From Amoebidium appalachense (Eukaryota > Protista > Ichthyosporea), in NCBI GenBank assembly GCA_963693365.1, contig CAVNZM010000007.1, forward strand, positions 2,837,979 to 2,901,978: 64,000 nt of DNA. The letters run 5' to 3'. This document shows, in pieces, positions 29,446-41,240 of this stretch. The position numbers were made by a program, and so were the translations under genes. The number at the start of each line of letters is the position of its first letter. The stretch's first letter is position 1. The notes under the pieces are model-generated. The model saw nothing but the letters and a program-made list of their open reading frames with translations, was not told the DNA's origin and made no database searches.

Positions 29446-31191
29446 CATGACTGTACGAAGAACAGGTATAACTTGAAGCACTACAACACATATGAGATCC
29501 GTTACATTGGTGTACATTCCAATATTAGACACTAGTTTGGCTACTCTGACTACTCTGAGATCCTGATTGGCTGCCTGCAGACTTGCGGCCACGATTACTT
29601 TGCTTTCGATCGTGCCATTGCAGCTGCGTCTCTCCAGCAGGTGGCAACGCCAGGCCCAGCACAGCAGATGCACGAGAAGGGGGTGGGAACTGCCCACCAG
29701 CCGAGGGCTGGCCCACATGGCCCAAGTAAGGATGGGGACCGTGCTGCGGCAGTAGCCCAGGCATGGGGAAGGCAGGGCCGGGCTGAGGCGGCATGATGCC
29801 CCACGGTGGGGGCCAGCCATGTGGGTGGTGCGGGCCTGGATGGGGTGCAGGGGGCATGTGCGGCACATGGCCCTGCTGCATGTCAAGCGCGGGTGCTGGT
29901 GGCATGGCATCCTGATTGGCTGCAACCCAACGTGGGCAGCTCTTGGCCCGATTGGAGCCGGGGCAGCCCTTGCCCTGGCGGCCACACGTCTTGCAGGTCT
30001 TGGGGGCTCTCTGGGGTGGCTGCATAGGAGGGGGCACCGGCAAATCCATCTGCAGGGGCCCCTCAGGGCCAATGTTGCGATGCTTTTTGCCCACTAGCAT
30101 GGGCAAGGGCCGCTCACGCTGCGCCCCTGCATCGACACCGTCTGGAACAGGGAGGGGTGGCAAGGGGGCAGGCCGTATGGTTGCTGGCACAGCGTCTGCC
30201 CTCTCCTCGCGCATACGCTTGCGGTGATCTGCCAGGCCCTCGTGTGTGGAGCGCTGTGCATGTGCCGTCTGCCAGGTCTTCCACTTGTCGAAATGCTTCT
30301 TGATGTAGGCCGCATCCTTCATGTAGATTCCCCCAGCCACAGAGGCAGCCTTGTTGAAGTCTTGGGCCAAAGCCTCGAACAGCTGGCCGTTGGGCTTTGC
30401 ATGTGCCTTGTAGGTGCCCAGGAGCAGCGTGCTGAATAGCTTGCGCTCCTGAGGGGTAAGCACCGGAAGGAAGGGGATGGCCACATGTTGCTTCTGCGCC
30501 AGGAACTTGTAGTCGCCCCTCAGTGCAGGGTCCGGCTGTGGTGCACCACGCGCCACCTGGTTGCCCCCCCCCATGGCAGCACCGTCACCCTCCTCGACCT
30601 CACAGTCCTCTGGCCCGCCCATCACGCCATTGGCTGCAGGCTCGATGTTATCAGACGGAGGTGGGGGTGCGGGCACCGCAACTGGCTCCTGCGCCGGGGC
30701 ATTGGCCACACAGGAGAGCGGGGCAAAGTTGAAGTACTCCTCCGGTAGCTTGTAGCAGCCTACGGGTACCCACTGGGGGTCGAGGTGATGGCCGTACAGC
30801 ATCAGCGCCAGTGCCTCCATGTCGTCAACAATCCAGGGGCTGTAGTGGGGGGGCCCCGATGCCTGGCCCAGGCGGTTGCGGTAGTGTGCACGCAGGTTGT
30901 GGCGGTGGCGCCTATTGGACATGGTGGCGTCCAGCAGGCGCAGCGACATGCGTGTGGCCCCAAAGTGGGTGGCCAGGGGGTTGTGCACTGCCCCCTCCAC
31001 CTCGTTGGTGCCCCGGATGCAGCGGTAGCGCATGAGCCCATCTGCGTCGGCAGTGGTCTCGTAGTAGAGGGGCAGGCCGGGGGGGTCCGACAGACAGCCA
31101 TTTTGGGCGTGTTCGAGCAGCGACTGTGGGGGCACAAGCAAACATCAGAGAGATGGGTGGGTGGTGGTGGTGGTAGTGTGTGTGTATGTGT

Positions 31192-31238
<47 letters not shown>

Positions 31239-31310
31239 TGGGGTTGCTAAGGAAAAAAACGAGCAGGGAAAGGCAAAAAACAACTGGCTAGGCAGCAAGG
31301 GCCGTGCGGG

Positions 31311-31382
<72 letters not shown>

Positions 31383-31967
31383 ATGTTTGGGGGGGGAGGG
31401 GGGGGGGGGGGGGGAGGCTAGGGTGTGCGTGTGTGTGCAGATGAACCAAGGATGACAAATAAGCGAAGAATCTTTTCTGTGGTGGTGGAGTTGTTGGGCG
31501 CCTGCAGGGGGAGGGGGGGGGGGGGATGTTGCCTCGAGTCTTTCAAAGCCATCCTTCTTGAACAGAGGCTTGCCATCCGGTCCGGGCGGCACATCCTTGT
31601 AGGTGTTTTTGAACTCCACCAGCCGCGAGACCAGCGTGTATGGGTCGGGAATAACCCGCCGGATGCGCTCCATGAAGTAGCTCAGGTCGCCGCCCTTGAG
31701 CTCGGTTTCAATGTCGATGCCCTTCTGCTCCAGCACCCCCTGTGAGGCAGGATGCCAATATTAATTTACTACGCACACTGCAATTTGGGTTTGGTAGACT
31801 TTGATACCTGCCGTTATTGTAGGACCCCTCCCCTCCACCCCCCCCATCTTCTCCCCCAACACAAGTAAAAAATGCATGTGGCTATTTCCCCCCACAACCC
31901 TACATTATTTCTCTCTAGGCATATGAATAACCCCCACTCTCCTCCCCCCCCTCCCCCCCCCCCCCCC

Positions 31968-32002
<35 letters not shown>

Positions 32003-34701
32003 TTGCCCCCCCTCTCTCTGAGGCTCAGGCTCTCTCTCTTCCCTCAGAAGTTTTGTCGAAGGTGTGCATGGTTGTGGGTGGAATGGTGAGTGTGTGCTAA
32101 CGAGTGTATGTGTGTGTGCGCGTCAGTCACGCATGTTGTTGTTGCCGTTTTTTTTATTTTTATTTTTTATTTTTTATTTTGGGGGGGGGGGGAGGGGGGG
32201 GGGGGCACCTTCACATGTCCGTAATCCTCTTCATTCCACACAAATATTGCCTCGCTGAGTGCGCGTGCGTACTCAGCCCTGCGGGGGTGTGACTTGTACG
32301 TGCCGTCCGCCGTGTTTGCAATGGAGTGGAAGGCGTCATTCAGCACAGTCTGCCACACCACCTCCCCAGGCGGTGCCTGGCCCAACATGCCCTCTCTGGG
32401 AGCTGCCTCGGGTCCCCCTGGGGCTGCCTCAAGGCCCCCCGGGGCTGCCTGGGGGTCCTGGGGGGGTGCCTGTGGGCCGGCAAGGGGTTGCTGCTGCTCG
32501 GCAGGGGGGAGGACTGGCAGGGGGAGGGGCTGGGTCAGGGACCACCGGCACCTCGGCACCTGGGTCCGGTGGGGGCTGAATGGGCCGTAGCCACTGCAGG
32601 TGCACCATCAGCTCAAAGGGCGGCGGGCCCAGCTCTCCCAGGGTCTTGCCCTTGTCGGGGCCAAAGGGCACCTGCATGGCCGGCGACAGCACCTGATCCA
32701 CCCGCACCACTGCATGCTTCTTGCCCACCTTCATGCCCCCCCAGCGCTCCGGCTGCACAGCCAGCACCACCCCGGTGGCTGCTGCAGCATGTGGGCCCCG
32801 CCGGGGCACAATCTCAACCCCTTCACCGAGTGCCTTTGCATGAAGCCGCGCTGCATGTCATAGAGGGAAGCAAAAAACTCAGCCAAAAAGCCACAGCACC
32901 AACGTTTTTCTCTTCGCTCCACAAAAATCAAATGCATATTCCTTAGCAACCCCCCCTCTCCCCCCCCCCCCCCCCCCCCCCTTCTCCCCTCCCCCCCCCC
33001 CCTCTCCCAGTGCCCAGCTTGTGTGGCACTTGCACGTGTTAACAGTGCTATAGCCCCCCCCCCCCCCCCCCCCCCCCCCCCACCACCACCACCACCACCA
33101 ATCACCCCCTCCTTTGATAGCCACCCGACACCCAGCATAACACAACTGGAACACTGGCCCATGTGGTCAGCCACCCCCCCCCCCCCCCCCCCCCCCCCCC
33201 TCCTCCCCCTCCCCTCTCCTCTGGGGGGCCCACAATCTTTCTATATCTGGCATAAGCACATAAGCACTGGGGCAAAAAGCAGGTGGGATACACACCTGAC
33301 AGGTTTGGCCTATCGACCACGGCCGAGTAGACCTGCAGGGACGCATATGCATCAAGGGCAGCGTAGGTGGCCTGCACCTCTGATAGCGGCTCGTGCCAGT
33401 TGGAGCATCGAACAAGTGCCGGCTTGGGCAGCTTCTTGCCTATGACCTGGGCAGTGATGTCGGCCAAGCCCCGGGCCGCAGAGGTGATAGCTGCACGGGC
33501 ATAGCAGAACCGGCCCAGCTCCAGATAGCTGGCCACAGGGGTGCCGTAGTCCTTGTTGAGGTGGGCCGAGTCCGTGCCGATCTGCTTGCCCACCTTGATG
33601 ATGCTGGGGTCCCTAAGCAGCGCAATCAGCTCGTCCACCAGCCGCGCGGGCGGGCTGTGGTTGGGGCCCATGCGTGCCAAGTGGAAGATGTACACGGCCC
33701 GTGCGGTGGCAATCTGCAGCGTGCAAACCTTGGACCGCGCCTGGCCCACCCGATAGACCCACTCGCAGTCCAGCCCCACCACGCGGTGCTGCTGCCCCTC
33801 CAGGTCGGCACGAATGGCCGCTGTAGCCACCACCGCCCCCTGGCAGTCGGTGTACACCGGCTTAGGGTAGTTGGCCGGCAGCTCCAGCCCAGGCAGACCG
33901 TCCGTCACGCTTACCAGCGCAGCCTCGTTCAGACGGACGGGGCATTTTGGCCGGGCTAGGGTTGGAAACATGCGCTCAACAAACGCCCGGTCTTGGCAGC
34001 ACCGATCTGTGTAGAAGAAGGCCGGGCCCTTGCTGTTGAGCGCCGCCGTGGTGGCAGAGATGCGCTGGATCACGGGCTCAATCTCCTGGTGGCTGCAGTC
34101 CCGTGTAAATACCTGCGCCCGGATCTCTGGGGTGCCGCACTGTGTGAGAGGGCATCTCCGAGCGGCCATGCATGTTCTAGCTTCCCTTACCACATGGCCC
34201 TTCACGAGACTTCAGTGCCCACACAATCCTTTCCCCCTCCCTCCCCCCAAACCCATGTGCCCACATACTTTCCCCTCCCTCTCCCCCAAAACCCTTCCCC
34301 CCTCCTTCCCCCCAAACCCATGTGCCCACATACTTTCCCCAGGCCTCCCTTTCCCCCAAAATCTTCCCCCCCCCCCTCCCCCCTAAACCCATGTACCTAC
34401 AATCCTTCCCCCTTCCTCCCCCTAAACCCTTGTGATCACAATCCTTTCCCCCTCTCTGCCTTCCCCCCAAACCCATGTGCCCACGATCCTTCCCCACTCC
34501 CCCTCCCCCCAAACCATGGGACAGCCCTCCATATGGCACCTACTGTCCCCCCCCCCCCCCCCCCCCCCCCCCCCACCCCACCCCGGGCCTCTTGCCCTCT
34601 CTACCTTCAACCCCGACGGTGGTGTCTCCCCCCCCCCCCCCCCCCCCCCCTGCATCCCTTGCAATCACTGGCCCCTACTCCCATTCTGCTTGGCAGAAGC
34701 T

Positions 34702-34777
<76 letters not shown>

Positions 34778-35010
34778 ATTCCCCGCCAAAAGAAAGCTCC
34801 ACCCCAGCCCACCCCAATCTCTACCCAGCAAAAACACATACACACATATCTGGAGCTTCCTAGTTTTTGCTCGACAGGGCAAGAATTGTCCCCAAAACCC
34901 ACATACTACAAACCTCTACTCACAGTGTGCCACCTCATTAAATGTGGAGCCTAAGAGATTTAAAGGCCCTAGAGGGGGGAGGAGGGGGGAGGGGGGGGAG
35001 GGGGGCGTGT

Positions 35011-35041
<31 letters not shown>

Positions 35042-35475
35042 GGGGGGGCGTGTGTGGGGGGGGGGGGGAGGGGGGAAGGGGGCCTGGGGGAGAGTGGGGG
35101 GAGGGGGGAGAAGAGGAGGGACCACACACCGCCAAGCTCGTTTACACAAGTCCATAGGCCTCGGTACAGAGGCTCCCCATTGATGCCGGTGAGCTTCCCA
35201 ATTTGGAAGGTGTGGTCGGCCTTGAGCACGTTGTTTACGGGCTTGAGCTGCGTGTCCAGGCTCTGGTACTTTGCCGTGCGGTCGCTGAACTCAGTATACA
35301 CGGCACTCAGGTATTTGCCTGAACCCCAAGTACTGTTAGAACTCCACCACCCTCCCATCAGGACCATCCCCCCCATTCCCTCTAGTCCCTCGTGTTCATC
35401 TCACCTCTCTGTATTTTCGTAAGTCTGTATGGCTTTTCCCATCTCAAAAACGCTACACACCCATCTCCGGCCGTT

Positions 35476-35521
<46 letters not shown>

Positions 35522-35707
35522 CCTCCCGGCGCGCGCAAACCCTCCAAGTCATTGCACCAACTTTCACCTTCTTTCCCCTTTGTGCCCCATCTGCAGTTTG
35601 TCCCCTGCACGTCCGTTTGCCCTTCCCCCCACACCCTCCTGCCACTACTATAATAACCATTAAGTACCGCCACCAAGATCCAGTCTACCACCATGTGCCC
35701 CCCCCCC

Positions 35708-35760
<53 letters not shown>

Positions 35761-36039
35761 CTCTCCACCTCCTTTCCCCCAACACACACAGACACACATG
35801 CGCACACCCACCATCTAATTTCAGGCATAACAGTTCTCCACGATTTCCCAAGCACACTCACTGGTACATGGACCGTTATGCTTTCACCCCTCTGATGATC
35901 CCTCTGCCCTCCCCCCCCCCCCCCCCCCCCCCCCCCCCCACCACCACCACCACCACCACCACCACCATGACTGATTGCCACCACCACCACCTAATCCATC
36001 ACCATGTCCCCCCTCCCCCCCCCCCCCCCCCCTCCCCCC

Positions 36040-36070
<31 letters not shown>

Positions 36071-37782
36071 ACGGACCCACAAGTACACGCACACTCACAG
36101 GCGCACATCCACCACCACACATCCACCACCACCATAATAGAAACTTATTGACCACACTTCCAAAACCCATTTCCAAGTCCCCCCCCCCCCTAAAAAAAAA
36201 ATAAAAAATAATAAAACAAAACCCTACCAAGCCAACCCAAAAAATGCCCAAGCACGTGCATACAAAACAATGGGGACCATTTACACACCCAAAATGCAGT
36301 GCACACTTGCCTGAAGGCACATGTCCAGCGTAACCATTTTTGTCACCAAACGCCGAGAACTTAGCCGCCTGCTCCTCTGGGGGAAGTTCTGTCAGGCGCT
36401 GGTCGTGGGGGCGGAAATCGTTACGCTTTTTGAGTTCATACTTGGTCCAATGCAGCGCCCTCGAGTAATACAGGAGCCGCTGCTCGTCGTATCGCTGCTT
36501 GTGGAGCTCCGAGAGGAGGGTGGCAAAGGCGTTTGGGCCCACACCTTTGTCTGCCAGTGCACGCAACAATGTTACCACCTTTAGGTCGAGCCCACTGCGG
36601 TGGCTAAGGTAGGCCGGAAACTGATCACGCATGAAGAGTGGAAGGCGTTTAATTGTCTGGGGGTTTGTGCCGGCAAAGTTTTTTTTGCATGTGTCACAAA
36701 AGTACCGGGCCGTGATAATGTAGTAGCAGCTGTCAAAGTCGATAACACGCCGTCCTACGGGGTTGCTCATGAACCCATTGCGAGAAGTACGGTGTGGGTT
36801 GGGGTGGTTGTGGGGGTCCACGTAGTGATCATCGAAGGGGCACGGCACCATGAAACCGGGAGACAACCTTTCCGGAAGCCAGGCAAAACATCTGGGTTTG
36901 TAGAAAGGCGCTGGATCGCCCCCAAATTTAAAGCCTATAATGGGAGGTGGAAGATGCCACCCCACAGGCGTCTTCTCATCTTTGAGACTCTCTTTCACTG
37001 TGTGCAGGTGCGACTTGATTGTTTCGCCCGCCGCGTCAGAAAACTCCTCTCCACCGTCATCCCCGTCCGTATTATCTTCTCCCTCTTCCTCCCCTTCATC
37101 CTCGTCTACCCGGTACGCATCTGCTGCTGCATTTAGCAAAGGTTCCTCGTCGGGTTGCACCTGTATGTCTGGTGGGTGTGGAGCAGGGGCCCGATCCATT
37201 TCTCTTGGTAACGAATGGACGCTACCTGCCTCAACTACACGGGCCCTTATGTCGGCGGCCTTAGATAGAGGGGGCTGTTCGGGTTGTACGTTTACGTTTA
37301 GTTCCTGCAAAACAGCTTTGTTTGCCGTCCCAAAACCTGCAAAGTTCGCTAAAGGCTGAACAAATGCAGCATCTTTTTTTTTTTGCGCCCAGCTCCCTCC
37401 CTAGCTCCGCCTGTTTTATGCCCAGGGCGCTGTGTTGTGCCCTTAGGGCAGCCTGGCTTCATTTTAAACACTTGGGGCCTGGCCCCCTGCCCCCCTAGTG
37501 CGACTACGTTACCGCAAACATTCCCGTATTCCAGTGTGCTCGGCAATGCTGCTCATGGCCTTCCCGGACTGGTTGTGACCAGTAAAGAGCGCGCCAATTC
37601 CTGACCGCCGCCTACAGCAGTGTATGATCTGTTATCCATATTCGGCAAAAGGGGTCTTGCCCAACCAATGGCTTGAATCCTTGTAACTTTGCTTTATCCA
37701 TATAAGGTTAGCTGAACACCCCCCCCTCCAATCATACCCCCCCCTTCTCTCTAGTAGTAGCTCCTGGCATGCCGCACCCCCC
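26765..37782 (-). mobile_element. Nested 11,018-bp DNA transposon with 8-bp TSD and short imperfect TIRs
   Basis: CAAAATAT occurs at 26757-26764 and 37783-37790. The ends GGCCCGGGTACCATATCAGGAGC and rc GGGGGGTGCGGCATGCCAGGAGC match at 14/23, with CAGGAGC in register. The interior switches to host-style poly-G/C introns. Confidence 0.8.
29525..37462 (-). CDS. Multi-exon DDE transposase (MULE/IS256/ISL3-like signature) with DUF6729-like N-terminal Cys domain, inserted WRN/DnaQ-type 3'-5' exonuclease and C-terminal Cys4 motif; ~1540 aa; exons ~37462-36311, 35318-35130, 34126-33296, 32850-32209, 31739-31533, 31123-29525
   Basis: Transposase motifs in order: LKADHTF, YTDRCC, VLNDAFH, GCLSDP, RGTNEVEGAVH. 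Exonuclease motifs: VVGLDCEW, KVGKQIGTD, YAALDAY. Also CKTCGRQGKGCPGSNRAKSC. Two frameshifts fall in homopolymers (~37380, ~32510). Confidence 0.82.
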
Positions 37783-37809
37783 CAAAATATTATGTGTGTG
37801 TAATAGCAA

Positions 37810-38235
37810 ATGGGAAAACCAAACACCGAGATCTCCAATGTAGAGAGCTTGAAGGGCGTTTTGCGTGACTATGCAACCCTCCACGCACAGATCAAGGAGC
37901 ACGCGGCACAGACAAAACCTGTTACCAAGAAAATGAATACTATAAAGAAGGCCATTCTGAAGTACATGTCGTCTGGAAATGTCAGGTCACTCGAGCTTCC
38001 CACGAAAGACCTTCTGATTCTTCAAGAATCAATCAAAAAGCCACAACTAAGCGAACAGTATCTCCGCCGTCAGCTCGAAACGTACTTCAAGGACACGAAA
38101 AAGGCCAACGACCTGGTATCCTTCCTGACTGCCATACCGGACAAAGACCTCGCCACAAAGCAATCACTCAAACACGTCGACAAGGACAACTATATAGAAA
38201 CAGATTCCATCCTCGACGACGGCGACTCGGAGTAG
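37810..38235 (+). CDS. Small helical protein resembling the nucleocytovirus DUF5760 family (141 aa)
   Basis: The pattern LKGVLRDYATLHAQIKE..KKMNTIKKAILKYM..NV..LEL....L.L....KKPQLSEQYL...LETYF....KA..LV.FL matches my recollection of this phycodna/mimivirus family. Confidence 0.65.
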   Translation: MGKPNTEISNVESLKGVLRDYATLHAQIKEHAAQTKPVTKKMNTIKKAILKYMSSGNVRSLELPTKDLLILQESIKKPQLSEQYLRRQLETYFKDTKKANDLVSFLTAIPDKDLATKQSLKHVDKDNYIETDSILDDGDSE

Positions 38236-38685
38236 AACGTCCGACCCGAGAGACTCAATAAAGCAAAACAACATACCGATGCATCTTCCAACGTGATACG
38301 ATTGAGCAACCAATCACAGCACGGGAATCTTTTAGCCCAAAACACTTGCATGACGTCTAGCCAATTAATATAACAGTAAAGCAAATTGTAGATATATGAC
38401 TGCTTGAAGATCAGCGATCCAACAAGTCAAGAAAAATGCGAGACATTTCGACAAACCAATCATTAATGACACATGGCAACAGCCCATTTGTTGGCTGAAT
38501 ATCATCCAATCACCGATTTCCTATCGAAATAACGATTGGTTGTTGGTTCATCGGAAGTGAACGATTGGCTGCGCGGCTCTTTGATAAAAAAAAACGTACA
38601 AAACCCAGCCCTGGCCAAATAAGCTGCCACAATGTACTAAATCGCTAGGCCGAAAATGCGTAAGAATTCGTAGACTCCGCGAGAT

Positions 38686-41001
38686 ATGGACCGAGCACAG
38701 TTTGCATGCTTATTGCGCCTGTTCGCCCCAGGCACTATTGGAGTCAGAGTTGGTGAAGATCGATATTTTGAGGCAGCGTTAGTGACGAGGGGAGATGATG
38801 TGTTTTTGGATGTGACTATAGATAAATCGTGCGCGTTGGGCGAGTGCACAGAAGACCACAACCACGTTTGTGTACCTTCTACAAAAACAGGACCAAATAC
38901 GCCGTTCCACCATTTCATTCACGTTGCTTCACATTCTTCATCGCGCACACAGCCAGATGAACACATCACGACACCTTCGCTTTCTGATTTCCTCCGCCTG
39001 AGAAAAGCAGCCGGGATACTAAGGCATGTAGCCGATGAGTTGAAAGTCCTCTATGTTGAACCTTTAACGGCTACACGTTTGACCGGTGTGAACACGTTCG
39101 TTTATTCGTGTTCATTGGCAACATTTTTGCAACGTTTTACACCCGGAAAGACTTTCCGCCCTTCGATGACAATTCCGCCCCAGGACATAGATTGGTTGGC
39201 GATTGAAAGTTTCGAGTGGTTGCTCCCACAAGAGGAAGTGATTGATTTTCCTGTAGATTGGTTTCCCGATATCAATCTTCCACCCGCGACAGCACCGTCC
39301 TCTGCATCCCCGTTCGATCTTCCACCCCTGACAGCACCGTCCTCTGCATCCCCGGCAGCTCCCACCACGGGACCCCAAACCACGACCGGCGGCACCAAAA
39401 ACAGACCAATTCTACCCAACACTCTCGACCCTCGGCAATTCGGGTTTCAGCCACAACCAATGACACGGCCTCTGCAGGCCTCTCCACAGCCTATACCATT
39501 TGCACAGCCACGACTCTTCTCTCCTGGGGCACACACGGGGCAACACCAACCATTTTCCACGACCGGACTGTTCCATTCGCCTGCTGGGGCCCAGCAACAG
39601 AAACAGCTGCAGAGTCAGCGGCGAGGGGAGGCGCGAATTAACCGAGAGAGAGAGCAAGGTCGAGAGAGAGATCGAGAAATGGAGCGAAAGAAGCGAAAGG
39701 ATCGAGAGGACAACAAGAGAGAGAAGGAGCGAGAGATGGAACGAGAGAAGGAGCGAGAGATGGAGCGAGAGAAGAAGGAGCGAGAGATGGAGCGAGAGAA
39801 GGAGCGACTAGAGAAGAAGGAGCGAGAGAAGGAGCGAGAGATTGAACGAGAGAAGAAGGAGCGAGAGAAGAAGGAGCGAGAGATGGAGCGAGAGAAGAAG
39901 GAGCGAGAGATGGAGCGAGAGAAGGAGCAAGCGGAGGAGCGAGTGCGAGAGAAGGAGCGAGAGAAGGACCGAGAGAAGGAGCAAGCGGAGGAGCGAGTGC
40001 GAGAGAAGGAACGAGAGATGGAGCGAGAGAAGGAGCAAGAGAAGGAGAGAGAGGAGCAAGTGCGAGAGGAGCGAGATTTGGAACAAGATCCACAGAACGA
40101 GGGAACGGAGCGAGATGAGCGTGAAGAGAACAAGGGAGCGGAGCGAGAGTTCGAACGAGAACGAGAGACTGAGAAGGAGCGAGCGGAGGAGCAGGAGCAA
40201 GACGTTAGACGGCCCGCGCGCCTCGCACTCCCACCCTCAGCCGACCCCTTGAGCGACCTATCCGGTCTACTCGGCGGCGACTCCGTGGCCACTATGGAGG
40301 TGGTTTCCACCATCACGCGCCTCGTCGGCATGGTTTCGGGGCGGTACCGCGCGCAGATCGTTAAGCTCGAGCAGGAAAGCGCGACGCTGAAGCAAAATTT
40401 GAAGATCGCAGTCGTGGGAGGAAAAGAGACGAGGGAAAAATTAGACAAGCTTAGCGCGGAGAAGGAAGCGAAGATCGAGGAGCTCACACGTCGTAACAAC
40501 GCGGACTCGACAAAGATCAACGGCCTCGAAGAGAAAGTTCGCAAACTCGAAGCCGAAAATACGAAATGGAAGGAGACCAAGGAAACGGAGCGAAAACGCC
40601 TCGAGCAGGAACTTAAAGAACTCAGGACGGAACTCGCTGGCGAGATAGGGAAGGCGGCCAACCTCAAACGGGAGGTGTCAAAGCTCAAACAGTCCTATGA
40701 GACTGAACATAACAGGAACCAGAAATTGGAATCGATATTGGAATCCCAATATTCTAAGATTGCCGCACTGGTCAAGGAAAAAGAAGACCTGGAAAAAGAC
40801 ATAGAATCTCGCATCGAGGCCGGGGTCGGCGCCCGGTTGAAGGGTTTAATGGAAGTGTTCGAGTCGCAATCCACCCAGAAAAGGCGGAGTTCGGAGGCGG
40901 ATGATGGCGACGGGCGGGACGAAGAAACACCTCGCAGACGCCATCGCGCCGACGGCCCCGGCAACGACGAGCCCCCCTCCAACGCGGCCGCGGCCTTGTA
41001 G
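38686..41001 (+). CDS. Hypothetical protein (771 aa): globular N-terminus, P/Q-rich linker, EREKEREM charged repeat, C-terminal coiled coil
   Basis: Long intronless ORF. The E/R/K repeat spans ~39640-40200 and is followed by a heptad-rich region. Confidence 0.8.
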   Translation: MDRAQFACLLRLFAPGTIGVRVGEDRYFEAALVTRGDDVFLDVTIDKSCALGECTEDHNHVCVPSTKTGPNTPFHHFIHVASHSSSRTQPDEHITTPSLSDFLRLRKAAGILRHVADELKVLYVEPLTATRLTGVNTFVYSCSLATFLQRFTPGKTFRPSMTIPPQDIDWLAIESFEWLLPQEEVIDFPVDWFPDINLPPATAPSSASPFDLPPLTAPSSASPAAPTTGPQTTTGGTKNRPILPNTLDPRQFGFQPQPMTRPLQASPQPIPFAQPRLFSPGAHTGQHQPFSTTGLFHSPAGAQQQKQLQSQRRGEARINREREQGRERDREMERKKRKDREDNKREKEREMEREKEREMEREKKEREMEREKERLEKKEREKEREIEREKKEREKKEREMEREKKEREMEREKEQAEERVREKEREKDREKEQAEERVREKEREMEREKEQEKEREEQVREERDLEQDPQNEGTERDEREENKGAEREFERERETEKERAEEQEQDVRRPARLALPPSADPLSDLSGLLGGDSVATMEVVSTITRLVGMVSGRYRAQIVKLEQESATLKQNLKIAVVGGKETREKLDKLSAEKEAKIEELTRRNNADSTKINGLEEKVRKLEAENTKWKETKETERKRLEQELKELRTELAGEIGKAANLKREVSKLKQSYETEHNRNQKLESILESQYSKIAALVKEKEDLEKDIESRIEAGVGARLKGLMEVFESQSTQKRRSSEADDGDGRDEETPRRRHRADGPGNDEPPSNAAAAL

Positions 41002-41003
41002 AC

Positions 41004-41240
41004 TTACATACGGGAAATGTTGTAGTGTAGGGGGTACTCGTAGCTTGTGATGTCCCACCCGTTTTTGGTTGTCATGGTCGGTATGCCGGTCACATAGTCA
41101 AGTACACGATAGGATGGTTCCCATATGCGTTTTAGATGTTTCTTTTGGACTTTGTACTTTTTTCGTGCGTTTCGGAGCTTTCGGCGGTAGATCCGTTTGC
41201 CTCTTCTACAATACCGTCCCTTGACATACTTGGGCTTCAT
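41004..41240 (-). CDS. Small highly basic protein (~78 aa from MKPKYV)
   Basis: K/R-rich RYCRRGKRIYRRKLRNARKKYKVQKKHLKR. The ORF converges on the 771-aa ORF, and ATATTATG lies just upstream. Confidence 0.5.
   Translation of the reverse strand: MKPKYVKGRYCRRGKRIYRRKLRNARKKYKVQKKHLKRIWEPSYRVLDYVTGIPTMTTKNGWDITSYEYPLHYNISRM

Noticed and set aside
37349-37546. Separate 65-aa ORF upstream of the transposase
   Set aside because: It is better explained as the transposase N-terminus (MKPG...GGAREGAGRKK) displaced by a 1-nt indel in an 11-nt homopolymer.
37752-37760. TAGTAGTAG near the nested transposon end as a Polinton-type AGTAGT terminus
   Set aside because: It has no matching opposite end and lies inside the boundary defined by the 8-bp TSD.
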